Origin: an uncultured Chloroflexia bacterium
GTDB lineage: Bacteria; Chloroflexota; Ktedonobacteria; Ktedonobacterales; JADMIN01
Assembly: GCA_963718915.1 (NCBI GenBank)
Contig: CAVRAI010000004.1
Location: 570,001-602,000, forward strand
Length of the DNA: 32,000 nt
Reading direction: 5' to 3'
In this document: piece after piece, positions 16,972 to 25,379 of the stretch
Layout: every line of letters begins with the position of its first letter
How positions within the stretch are numbered: the stretch's first letter is position 1
Translations under genes and position numbers: made by a program
The notes under the pieces: generated by a model
What the model saw: only the letters and a program-made list of their open reading frames with translations
Told to the model about the DNA's origin: nothing
The model's database searches: none

Positions 16972-18741
16972 CTACTGGCTGGCAATGCTATCCATCAGCC
17001 AGGTGGTTCCGTCATACTGGCTGAGTGCAATCGAGTAGACGACGGGACTGCCAGGGGCGTTGGCGCGCACTGCCTGGACTAACGCAGTAGCGTGATTCGA
17101 GCCGTCGGCATCTACGGAGATGATGTGTATTGAGATGACTTTGCCATAACGCGAGTCATCCGCACGCAGGTTCTGGGTGAACACGTCTTGCGACGACGTG
17201 TCATTGCGGCTGGCCGAGACAAATTGCCAGGCGCGCGAGAAATCATCCTGCTGGAGCGCGTTGAAATATCCGGTAATCGTTGCCTGTGGTGTCGAGCGGT
17301 CAGGCGGGGTCAGCCGCGGCACAATCATGAATGTCGCGATACCTACCGCTAAGAGAATGAATACCAACGCGATGCCAACGAGCAGCGGCCCACGACCAGA
17401 CGCCCCGCGGCGTGGTCCTGAGGTCATGTGTTTGCGGCCGGTCACCGACTCCCGTATGCGCTCATGCTCCGCGGCTGTGGTTTCGGGTGAGCCGCGAAGC
17501 GCTGGTTTGCTCGCGCGGCCCGCGGACGCCATCACCGACGGTTGAGAAGGCGGCAATGGTGGCAGCGAGAGGTCGATCTGACCCAAATTATTCATACCAC
17601 TCGCGCTGCCAACGTCGGTCACAGATGGATGGGAACCGGCAAAAGACGGGTATCGCGATGGTGGCGGCGATGGAGTGCGCGGGGGCGCATTCGATGGCGC
17701 GCGCGGACTGAACTCAGGGCTGCCAGCAGGCATCGAGCGTGAGTAGGGTTGTGGCGCCGCCCCCCCTCGTAGCGGTGCGGATGGCATGGAGCTTGGTGGC
17801 GGTGATTGAGGAGTGAGTGGCGCATTCCACCCTGGCGCATAGGATGGAGCGGATGGCATCTGTCCGCGTGGCGTCCCGGATACAGGTGAGTTAAAGATCG
17901 TCGGCGCACCAGAGAGCGCAGCGGCAAAGTCAGCGACTGACTGAAATCGTTCCGCCGGGCGCATGGCCATAGCGCGACAGATCGCAGTGTCGGTCTGCTG
18001 GCTAATCGCCCGGTTATAAAACGCTGGGTGAATGAGATCAGGGTCCTGCGTCACACGATCAATCGCGGAGACAGGCACTTGTGTCGTCAGCAGATGATAG
18101 AGTGTTGCGCCCAGCGCATAGACGTCAGACCATGGGCCGCTCTTGCCTGCCACAGTGTATTGTTCGGGCGGCGCGTATCCCTCGGTGCCTGCCTTGCGGA
18201 CGAATGTTGCGGTGCGGTTGGCGCCGGGGAGATGTTCCTTGGCGATGCCAAGATCCACCAGCACGGGATGTCCGGCGGGGGTAACGATGATGTTGGCGGG
18301 CTTCACATCGCGATGGAGAATCGAGGGCCTGCGGGTGTGGAGATATTGCAACGCATCGCAGATAGGCAGAATCCAGGCGATCACCTGCTCTTCAGGAAGA
18401 GGGTGTCCTCCCTGGTTATAGAGCTTCAGTTCCAGGTTCTCGCCGTCAACGAAGTCCATCACGAGGTAGAGGCGAGAGCGCCACTCGAAATATTCACGCA
18501 CCTTAGGGATATGGTTGTGATCGAGCGCCTGGAGCCACTGCGCCTCATGTTCGAACTGACGGCGGGCGGAGCGTGATTGGTCGGCCATCTCCTTGAGGGC
18601 ATAAATGTTTTGTCTGCCAAAGAGGATGTCCAGCACACTATAGACAGTGCCAAGACCACCGCGCCCGACGATAGCATTGACCCGATAGCGCTCATGGACA
18701 ACCGCGCCCAGTGGCAATGGGTTCAGCGCATTGTGGTCCAT
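16972..18741 (-). CDS. Ser/Thr protein kinase with Pro-rich linker, one TM helix and a C-terminal extracytoplasmic domain
   Basis: Hanks kinase motifs are GRGGLGTVY, ALKE, HRDVKPANII, DLGIA and GTEGYAPPE. These are followed by about 170 aa of P/S-rich linker, the TM segment LLVGIALVFILLAVGIATFMIV and a 115-aa C-terminal domain. The ATG at 18741 has AGGGAGG 9 nt upstream. An alternative ATG is at 18759. Confidence 0.9.
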   Translation of the reverse strand: MDHNALNPLPLGAVVHERYRVNAIVGRGGLGTVYSVLDILFGRQNIYALKEMADQSRSARRQFEHEAQWLQALDHNHIPKVREYFEWRSRLYLVMDFVDGENLELKLYNQGGHPLPEEQVIAWILPICDALQYLHTRRPSILHRDVKPANIIVTPAGHPVLVDLGIAKEHLPGANRTATFVRKAGTEGYAPPEQYTVAGKSGPWSDVYALGATLYHLLTTQVPVSAIDRVTQDPDLIHPAFYNRAISQQTDTAICRAMAMRPAERFQSVADFAAALSGAPTIFNSPVSGTPRGQMPSAPSYAPGWNAPLTPQSPPPSSMPSAPLRGGAAPQPYSRSMPAGSPEFSPRAPSNAPPRTPSPPPSRYPSFAGSHPSVTDVGSASGMNNLGQIDLSLPPLPPSQPSVMASAGRASKPALRGSPETTAAEHERIRESVTGRKHMTSGPRRGASGRGPLLVGIALVFILLAVGIATFMIVPRLTPPDRSTPQATITGYFNALQQDDFSRAWQFVSASRNDTSSQDVFTQNLRADDSRYGKVISIHIISVDADGSNHATALVQAVRANAPGSPVVYSIALSQYDGTTWLMDSIASQ

Positions 18742-18836
18742 GCGGCCCGCCTCCCTCATCCCCCCACACAGGCTCCGTTGCCCCTGACTCCCTCATCTCA
18801 CACGGACTCGCTTCCGTGCAGTTGTGGCATGGCGCC

Positions 18837-18866
18837 AGTATATCGGCCAAAGCTTCTTTCCGTCAA
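18837..18866 (-). promoter_or_regulatory. candidate promoter for the kinase gene (TTGACG-18 nt-TATACT on minus strand)
   Basis: Hexamers read on the reverse complement, about 95 nt upstream of the ATG at 18741. Confidence 0.45.
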
Positions 18867-18904
18867 TGTTTGCGCCGTCCGGGCTAGCGAGGTGTGACCG
18901 AGCT

Positions 18905-18941
18905 AACAAAAGCAGGCGAGGGAAACGTCTCCGTTCACCTG
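18905..18941 (-). terminator. terminator candidate after the redoxin-like gene
   Basis: On the minus strand, CAGGTGAACGGAGACGTTTCCCTCGCCTG forms an imperfect hairpin followed by CTTTTGTT. Confidence 0.35.
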
Positions 18942-18968
18942 TCGGTTGTGAGAATGAATATGATGTCG

Positions 18969-19589
18969 TTACCCTTCGTAAGGCGCATGCGTCAGACTGG
19001 CGATGTGAGCGGCGTGCGCCTCGCGCGTGACATACGGCCAGTGCTGTGTCTGGTCGCCAGAGTCGTAGTTCTCGCGCAGGCCCGGCGCGGCCAGATCCCA
19101 GTCTGGACGGCATGCGCAGGTCACCTCACGCAAGTCCTGCCATAAATCCTCAGTAGAAGGACGACCCCAGAACCAGTAGCCATTGTAGATTTTGTGGATC
19201 ACGAGGCCCTGCGCCAGTACAAGCGTGTGCGGAATCATGGGGTTGTGGTAGGGGTCGGTATATTCCTGAATGTCGAGGTCTTTCTGCACTTTGCGCCCCG
19301 AGTCGGAGAGAAACGTCCATTGCGCGCCGACGGCGTCCCGGAACTCGTTGGTTTCCAGCAGGTTATCCGTTGAGATAGTGACAATCTTCGTGTAGGCAAC
19401 GGCAATCTTGGGATAGAATCGCGCCAGCTCCAGATGCTGCTGATGGTCCTTTGGACAGTAGTGGCCGCGCGAGAGGATGAGAATCATTGGGTCGTTGCCC
19501 TGCAATTCGCTGAGTTTGCGGCGCTTGCGTGTGTGGTCGGTCAGCTCGTAGTCAGGAAATTGCGCGCCAGGAACGATGTCGGGTCGCAT
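18969..19589 (-). CDS. AhpC/TSA (redoxin)-family thioredoxin-fold protein
   Basis: 206 aa with FPDYELTDHTRKRRKLSEL...PMILILSRGHYCPKDHQQ...IVTISTD...FLSD, a peroxiredoxin-like layout with a single Cys in the HYCP context. AGGGGGA SD is present. Confidence 0.75.
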   Translation of the reverse strand: MRPDIVPGAQFPDYELTDHTRKRRKLSELQGNDPMILILSRGHYCPKDHQQHLELARFYPKIAVAYTKIVTISTDNLLETNEFRDAVGAQWTFLSDSGRKVQKDLDIQEYTDPYHNPMIPHTLVLAQGLVIHKIYNGYWFWGRPSTEDLWQDLREVTCACRPDWDLAAPGLRENYDSGDQTQHWPYVTREAHAAHIASLTHAPYEG

Positions 19590-19648
19590 GAGAATCCCCC
19601 TTATACATGGTTGCTATGCCTGAGAGTGCATCCGCCAATACTACACAA

Positions 19649-19678
19649 AATATAGCGTGGAGAGCCGTCAGTTGTGAA
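19649..19678 (-). promoter_or_regulatory. candidate promoter for the redoxin-like gene (TTCACA-18 nt-TATATT on minus strand)
   Basis: Hexamers read on the reverse complement, about 60 nt upstream of the ATG at 19589. Confidence 0.45.
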
Positions 19679-19697
19679 GGAGAGAGACCTCCGCGCA

Positions 19698-19706
19698 TGG
19701 TATAAT
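19698..19706 (+). promoter_or_regulatory. extended -10 element TGgTATAAT
   Basis: Perfect TGnTATAAT with no -35. It points toward hppD, 414 nt downstream. Confidence 0.4.
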
Positions 19707-20119
19707 GCGTGCAATGCCCGGCGGGTACGCACCCGCGAACGAGCGCAGGCGTGTGCGGCGCGCTGGCAGACGGACGAATGCCCGAAAACAAAGGAGTTTG
19801 CGGGTGCGTGTGATCTTCAGCGCCCTCTCAAGCTGGCGGCCACCGCGCGCTGTGATGCGCCACAATCGGGATCACCCAGGCGCATTGGTTCGGCAACTGC
19901 CTGCCGCCTGGCTGCGCGAGCGCGCTGGCGAGCGCTGGCGTGGCTGCCTGCGACTGCCCCTCTGTCTTGCCGACTCGACCTTCGTGGTCGATAATATCCG
20001 CTGCCAGCATTCACCGCCTGTCCTGCCTCAGCGGTAGCACCCGCACGCTCACACTCTGAGCATGTTCCTAAATTCAGCAATCTTGGCCCAGAGAGGCCTA
20101 TTCGGAGGTGGACACCATT

Positions 20120-21223
20120 ATGTCTGAGCAGGATTTCATGCCCATCAAGGGATGGGATCACATTGAGTTCTACGTTGGCAATGCGCGGCAGGCAGCCGTC
20201 TTTTACCAGACGACATTTGGCTTTACGCCCGTGGCCTATTCTGGTCTGGAGACCGGGGTGCGAGACCGCGCCAGTTACGTCCTGGAGCAAGGCAAGATTC
20301 GCCTGGTGCTGACGACGGCTTTGGAGCCAGAAAGCCCGATTGCGCTGCATGTCTTGAAGCATGGCGATGGCGTCAAGGATGTTGCGCTCACGGTGCCAGA
20401 TGCTGAGAAGGCGTATGAGGAAGCGCTCGCGCGGGGAGCGCGCAGCGCCATCGAGCCGACCGTGACGAAAGATGACTTCGGCCAGGTAAAGCGCGCTGCT
20501 ATTTACACCTATGGCGAGACGCTCCACAGCTTCATCGAGCGGGAGGACTACGCGGGCGTCTTTCTCCCAGGCTATCGTCCCGTCGCGGTGACCGAAGGGC
20601 TGAAGGCGCGTGGTATCGGCCTGGCGGCGATTGATCACGTCGTCGGCAATGTCGAGCTTGGCAAGATGAACGTGTGGGTCAAGTTCTATGAGGATGTCCT
20701 CGGCTTCAAGCAGATGATCCACTTCACTGACGAGGCGATCAGCACGGAATATTCGGCGCTGATGTCGAAGGTGATGGAGGGTGGTCACGGCAAGATCAAG
20801 TTCCCGATCAACGAGCCAGCCGTCGGCAAGAAGAAGTCGCAGATCGACGAGTATCTCGACTACTATCGCGGCCCTGGCGTCCAGCACGTTGCCATGATAA
20901 CCGGCGACATCCTCACGACGGTGGGGCGCCTGCGCGATCAGGGTGTCGAGTTCATCAAGGGCGTGCCCAGCTACTATGATGAGTTGGAGGAGCGCGTCGG
21001 CAAGATCGACGAGCCAATCGAGGAACTGGCGAAACTCGGCATTCTGGTGGATCGCGACGACGACGGCTATCTGCTGCAAATCTTCACACGCAACGTGCAG
21101 GATCGCCCGACGGTCTTCTTCGAGATTATCCAGCGCAAGGGCGCCCGTGGCTTTGGCGAAGGCAACTTCAAAGCGCTGTTCGAGGCCATCGAGCGCGAGC
21201 AGGCGCTGCGTGGCAATCTGTAA
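20120..21223 (+). CDS. hppD: 4-hydroxyphenylpyruvate dioxygenase
   Basis: GWDHIEFYVGNARQAA.FY...FGF, HGDGVKDVA, IDHVVGNVE, GVQHVA and the C-terminal GFGEGNFKALFEAIEREQ..RGNL are all diagnostic. ATG 20120 has GGAGG upstream. Confidence 0.93.
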   Translation: MSEQDFMPIKGWDHIEFYVGNARQAAVFYQTTFGFTPVAYSGLETGVRDRASYVLEQGKIRLVLTTALEPESPIALHVLKHGDGVKDVALTVPDAEKAYEEALARGARSAIEPTVTKDDFGQVKRAAIYTYGETLHSFIEREDYAGVFLPGYRPVAVTEGLKARGIGLAAIDHVVGNVELGKMNVWVKFYEDVLGFKQMIHFTDEAISTEYSALMSKVMEGGHGKIKFPINEPAVGKKKSQIDEYLDYYRGPGVQHVAMITGDILTTVGRLRDQGVEFIKGVPSYYDELEERVGKIDEPIEELAKLGILVDRDDDGYLLQIFTRNVQDRPTVFFEIIQRKGARGFGEGNFKALFEAIEREQALRGNL

Positions 21224-21250
21224 TCGGATAGGCGAAAGCGAGTCTCAACC

Positions 21251-22408
21251 ATGCCTTTCTATTACGCGATGGGGAAGATTCCTCATAAGCGACATACCCA
21301 ATTTCGCAAGCCCGACGGCGGCCTCTATTCCGAGGAGCTCTTTGGCGAGGAGGGGTTCAGCGGTGTCGAGTCGCTGCTCTACCATCAGCATCCGCCAACG
21401 CGAGTGAGCAGAATTGCCCGCCATGGCAGCGTCTGCCGCGAGGAGTGGACGCAGGAGCAGCACCGGCATCACCATCTGAAAACCGCGAATGCCCCGCAGG
21501 GCGGCGATCCCGTCGAGGGGCGTCATCTGCTGATGTACAACAATGACTGTGCCATCTCCGTGGCGCGACCGACTGATCCGATGAGCTACTTCTATCGCAA
21601 CGCACAGGGCGACGAACTGCTCTTCATCCACGAGGGCAGCGGCGTGCTGGAGACGACCTTTGGCGCTCTGCCCTACAGCGAGGGCGATTATCTCGTCATC
21701 CCGCGCGGCACGACGTGGCGTCTTCAGGCAGAGGATGGAGAGCAGCGCATGCTGGTTGTCGAGGCGTATGGGGGGGCGATTCAGCCGCCGAAGCGCTATC
21801 GCAATCAGTTTGGTCAGTTGCTCGAACACTCGCCGTACTGCGAGCGCGATCTGCGCCCGCCATCCGAGTTGCCGGTTCACGAGGAGCGCGGCGAGTTCGA
21901 CGTGCGGGTGCGTGTCAACGATGAGGTGATGACCTACACGTACGACTTCCACCCGCTGGATGTCGTCGGCTGGGATGGTTTCCTCTATCCGTACGCCTTC
22001 AGCATCCACGATTTCGAGCCGATCACCGGGCGCGTCCACCAGCCGCCGCCGGTCCATCAGACGTTCGAGGGGCCAAACTTCGTCGTCTGCTCGTTCTGCC
22101 CACGCAAACTGGACTACCATCCCGATGCGGTGCCGGTGCCCTACAATCACAGCAACATTGACTCTGATGAGATGATCTACTACGTCAGCGGCAACTTCGG
22201 CAGCCGCAAGGGCATCGAAATCAGCTCGATTACGCTGCATCCGCGCGGTATCCCACATGGGCCACATCCCGGTACTGTGGAGAACAGCCTTGGCGCCGAG
22301 CGCACCGAGGAGCTGGCGGTGATGGTAGACACGTTCCGACCGCTCAGGCTGGGAACCGCCGCTGCGACGATGGACGATCCGCAGTATCCGTTTAGCTGGC
22401 TGGAATAA
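21251..22408 (+). CDS. hmgA: homogentisate 1,2-dioxygenase
   Basis: 385 aa with YY..GKIPHKRHTQFR, EELFG.EGFSG, a cupin core, and H...E...H ligand contexts (HNSNIDSDE, LHPRGIPHGPHPG). Confidence 0.92.
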   Translation: MPFYYAMGKIPHKRHTQFRKPDGGLYSEELFGEEGFSGVESLLYHQHPPTRVSRIARHGSVCREEWTQEQHRHHHLKTANAPQGGDPVEGRHLLMYNNDCAISVARPTDPMSYFYRNAQGDELLFIHEGSGVLETTFGALPYSEGDYLVIPRGTTWRLQAEDGEQRMLVVEAYGGAIQPPKRYRNQFGQLLEHSPYCERDLRPPSELPVHEERGEFDVRVRVNDEVMTYTYDFHPLDVVGWDGFLYPYAFSIHDFEPITGRVHQPPPVHQTFEGPNFVVCSFCPRKLDYHPDAVPVPYNHSNIDSDEMIYYVSGNFGSRKGIEISSITLHPRGIPHGPHPGTVENSLGAERTEELAVMVDTFRPLRLGTAAATMDDPQYPFSWLE

Positions 22409-22441
22409 CCCCCTGTCTCAGCATCGGCTGGTTTCTGGATT

Positions 22442-22464
22442 CCCCTCTCCTTGTGGGAGAGGGG
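22442..22464. other. perfect 9-bp GC-rich hairpin (CCCCTCTCC-TTGTG-GGAGAGGGG) between hmgA and the next gene
   Basis: Read directly from the sequence. No U-tract follows on either strand, so it is not a canonical intrinsic terminator. Confidence 0.5.
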
Positions 22465-22494
22465 CCAGGGGATGAGGTCAGCGGGAGGTTTCAC

Positions 22495-23700
22495 ATGCCA
22501 CGCATCGTCAAGTTTTTTGAGACAACCCTGCGCGATGGCGAGCAGACGCCAGGCATCAATTACTTTGCCGAGGAGAAGCTGGAAATCGCGCAGGCGCTTG
22601 CCGATATGGGGTTCGACACGCTTGATTGCGGCTTCGCCATTTCCGGCGAGCCGGAGTTCGAAGCGATCCGGCTGATCGCGCGTAATGTCCACACCGCCGA
22701 GATTTGCTCAATTGCGCGCTCGTTTCCTGATGACATCGACCGTGCGTGGGAGGCGGTCAAAGACGCCGAGCATAGCTCGATCCACCCGTTCATCAGCACT
22801 TCGCCGCTCCATCGCGAGGTAAAACTCGGCAAATCGCGTGCGGAGGTGCTGGAACTGGCGCGGACGGCGGTGGCGCGCGGGCGGCAATACACACCAAACG
22901 TCGACTTTGCGCTTGAAGATACGACCCGCACCGAGCATGACTTCATCCTCGAAGTGATCGAAGCAGTCATGAAGGAGGGCGTGCGCTACGTCGCGCTCTG
23001 CGACACGGTGGGTTTCGCACTGCCATGGGAGTTCGGCGAACTGGTGGACGATGTGCGCCGTGAGTTCCCGGACGTGCGTATCTCGGCTCACTGTCACGAC
23101 GACTTGGGGTTGGCCGTCGCCAATGCGCTTACGGCGCTGATGCACGGCGCGGAGCGGGTTGACACCTGCTTCAACGGACTGGGCGAGCGCGCGGGCAACG
23201 CGGCAACCGAAGAGGTTGTCATGGCGATCCGTACCCGCCGCCAGAATCTCGATCTCGACGTGAAGGTGGATACCACGAAGATCATCCCGACGAGTCGACT
23301 AGTCGCACGGCTCTCTGGCATGCAGCCGCAGTGGACGAAAGCTATTGTTGGAGCAAACGCCTTTGCGCATGGCGGCGGCATTCACCAGGACGGCGTGCTC
23401 AAAGATACGCGCACCTACGAGATTATGCGCCCGGAGGATATTGGCCTGCCCGCATCCGACCGGCGAATGTTCGTCGGTAAGCTCTCGGGTCGCGCCGCGC
23501 TCAACGCACAGTTGAAAGAGCTAGGCTATGAGCTGACGCCAGACCAGCTTGCGCGCGCGTTTGTGCTGGTGAAGCATGTGCTGGGCAAGAAGCGTGTCCT
23601 CGAAGAGATGGATCTCCGCCAATGCGCCGAAGCGGCTATCTCGCCTGTTAGCGAAGATATGCTCAAGGCAGCCAGTTTGGTCGAGGATGAGGCGGAATAG
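22495..23700 (+). CDS. 2-isopropylmalate / homocitrate / citramalate synthase family protein (DRE-TIM metallolyase), short form
   Basis: Motifs are FETTLRDGEQTPG, HCHDDLGLAVANALTALMHGAERVDTCFNGLGERAGNAATEEVVMAI and HGGGIHQDG. At 401 aa it has no room for the LeuA C-terminal regulatory domain. Start at ATG 22495 with GGGAGG upstream. Confidence 0.85.
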   Translation: MPRIVKFFETTLRDGEQTPGINYFAEEKLEIAQALADMGFDTLDCGFAISGEPEFEAIRLIARNVHTAEICSIARSFPDDIDRAWEAVKDAEHSSIHPFISTSPLHREVKLGKSRAEVLELARTAVARGRQYTPNVDFALEDTTRTEHDFILEVIEAVMKEGVRYVALCDTVGFALPWEFGELVDDVRREFPDVRISAHCHDDLGLAVANALTALMHGAERVDTCFNGLGERAGNAATEEVVMAIRTRRQNLDLDVKVDTTKIIPTSRLVARLSGMQPQWTKAIVGANAFAHGGGIHQDGVLKDTRTYEIMRPEDIGLPASDRRMFVGKLSGRAALNAQLKELGYELTPDQLARAFVLVKHVLGKKRVLEEMDLRQCAEAAISPVSEDMLKAASLVEDEAE

Positions 23701-23756
23701 TTAACGCCGTTACCGTGTTGCAGGGAGGCTGTTCTTGATGTGGTGAGGGAGACTGC

Positions 23757-24203
23757 ATGACAAGAACGTGTCCTAAGTGTGGTAATAAGATAGTCAGGGA
23801 TAACGCGGCGTTCTGCGATCACTGTGGGCAGGCGCTCACCACGCAAGGGCAAACTGGCCCAGAACCCGCATTTGCCTTATCCGGTTGTTCTCATACGAAG
23901 AAACCCTATATCATCCAGTTTGAGTTTCAGAAGCATCCGACCTGGGAGGGCTGGGTTGCTGTCAACGCCTTCGAGGTTAGCCCACAGGCGGCGCAGCGTG
24001 GAGGGTATGGACGTTTTCAAGCGACAGGAACCGTTTACACGGGAGTTCCATGTCCATTCTGTGGCGCGGCGAACTTCTATAATATCCACGAGAAACTCAC
24101 CTGTTGGAACGGCGCCGCGGGTCCGAATCCGTGTGCATGGTGCGCTGAGTCGCATACTGTCTCAGGTCAAATGAATGGATTCGATGCCATGAATGATGTC
24201 TAG
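23757..24203 (+). CDS. hypothetical protein with an N-terminal zinc ribbon and a second Cys-rich metal-binding motif
   Basis: 148 aa with CPKCG-x11-CDHCG at residues 5-23 and CPFCG...C(W)...CAWC..H at residues 99-133. GAGGGAG SD lies 5 nt upstream of the ATG. Codon choice is noticeably more A/T-rich than in neighbouring genes. Confidence 0.6.
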   Translation: MTRTCPKCGNKIVRDNAAFCDHCGQALTTQGQTGPEPAFALSGCSHTKKPYIIQFEFQKHPTWEGWVAVNAFEVSPQAAQRGGYGRFQATGTVYTGVPCPFCGAANFYNIHEKLTCWNGAAGPNPCAWCAESHTVSGQMNGFDAMNDV

Positions 24204-24266
24204 CCGATATCGTTACCTGGCGCAACTGATCTTACGTTGATATACCTCTGTATCAGGAGGACAGAT

Positions 24267-25379
24267 ATGGCCAAGGCGCTGCACACGCGCTCGCAATCTC
24301 AGGAGGGTGGCGACAATTCGATTGCCGCGCTGCTCGATGCCAATGGCGTGCTGACGCCCGAAGGTGAGCGTATCGCTGCCGTTAGTGATGAGCAGCTTCG
24401 CGAACTGTATCGCATGATGGTCATCTCTCGCCGTCTCGACCAGGAAGGCCTGAACCTTCAGCGTCAGGGCGAGCTTGGCCTGTGGGGGCCGTATGTCGGT
24501 CATGAGGCGGCGCAGGTGGGCGCGGCGCTGGCGATGGAGACTACCGACTGGATTTTCCCCTATTACCGCGACTTCGCCATGGCGGTCTGTCGCGGTATTG
24601 ACCCGGGAGCTATCCTCACCATCTTCCGCGGGCTGACGCACGGCGCATGGAATCCCTACGAATACCGCTTCGCGCCGTTCATCATCCCGGTCGGCACGCA
24701 GGTGCCCCACGCGGTCGGGTTCGCCATTGGCTGCGCGTTTGATCACGAGCAGACTGCGGTGCTGGTCGGCTTCGGCGAGGGAGCAACCTCCACAGGTGAC
24801 TGGCATGAGGCGATGAACTTCGCTGGTGTCTTCCAGGCGCCGGTCGTCTTCCTGTGCGAGAACAACCAGTGGGCCATCTCAGTGCCGCTGAATGAGCAGG
24901 TGTCCGGTCGTGTCGTCGATCGCGCGGCGGGCTATGGTTTCCCCGGAGTGCGGATCGACGGTACCGACGTGCTTACCGTCTACGCAGTGGTGAAAGCCGC
25001 CGCGAGGCATGCGCGCGAAGGGAAAGGCCCGTTTCTGGTCGAGTCGGTCTCGTACCGGATGCAGCCGCATACGACCTCGGATGATCCCACCCGCTATCGC
25101 ACCGACGCTGACCTGAAGCCGTGGCGGGACAAGGACAAAGATCCCGTCGAGCGCTGCGCTATGCGGCTGCGTCAGCGTAACGCCTTCGATGAGAGCTTTG
25201 TGGCGGCGGTGACGCAGGAGGCCGAGGAACGCGCCACAGCCATGCGCCAGACCGTGTTGTCGGCGCAACCGGCACATCCTGAGAGCGTCTTCAATCTGGT
25301 ATTCGCCAATCCACCCGCGGCGCTGCTACGCGAGCGTGATGAGTTTACCGCGTCACTCGAACAGGGAGGCGCTGAGTGA
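24267..25379 (+). CDS. 2-oxoacid dehydrogenase E1 component alpha subunit (PDH/BCKDH family, TPP-dependent)
   Basis: YR.M...R..D, GHEA and the TPP motif GFGEGATSTGDWHEAMNFAGVF.APVVFLCENNQWAIS are present. Start at ATG 24267 with AGGAGG upstream. Confidence 0.92.
   Translation: MAKALHTRSQSQEGGDNSIAALLDANGVLTPEGERIAAVSDEQLRELYRMMVISRRLDQEGLNLQRQGELGLWGPYVGHEAAQVGAALAMETTDWIFPYYRDFAMAVCRGIDPGAILTIFRGLTHGAWNPYEYRFAPFIIPVGTQVPHAVGFAIGCAFDHEQTAVLVGFGEGATSTGDWHEAMNFAGVFQAPVVFLCENNQWAISVPLNEQVSGRVVDRAAGYGFPGVRIDGTDVLTVYAVVKAAARHAREGKGPFLVESVSYRMQPHTTSDDPTRYRTDADLKPWRDKDKDPVERCAMRLRQRNAFDESFVAAVTQEAEERATAMRQTVLSAQPAHPESVFNLVFANPPAALLRERDEFTASLEQGGAE

Noticed and set aside
19804-20037. A 77-codon GTG-initiated ORF with a good SD (AAGGAG) in the hppD upstream region, considered as a real small protein.
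   Set aside because: Not annotated as a feature. The product is Arg/Trp/Cys/Leu-rich with no recognisable motif, as expected from translating GC-rich non-coding DNA, and its third-position GC is not distinctive. It is kept only as a possibility inside the intergenic-region finding.
24238-24255. TGATA-N8-TATCA inverted repeat just upstream of the E1alpha ribosome-binding site, considered as an operator.
   Set aside because: Arms of only 5 bp are expected by chance in a window this size, and there is no supporting second copy.
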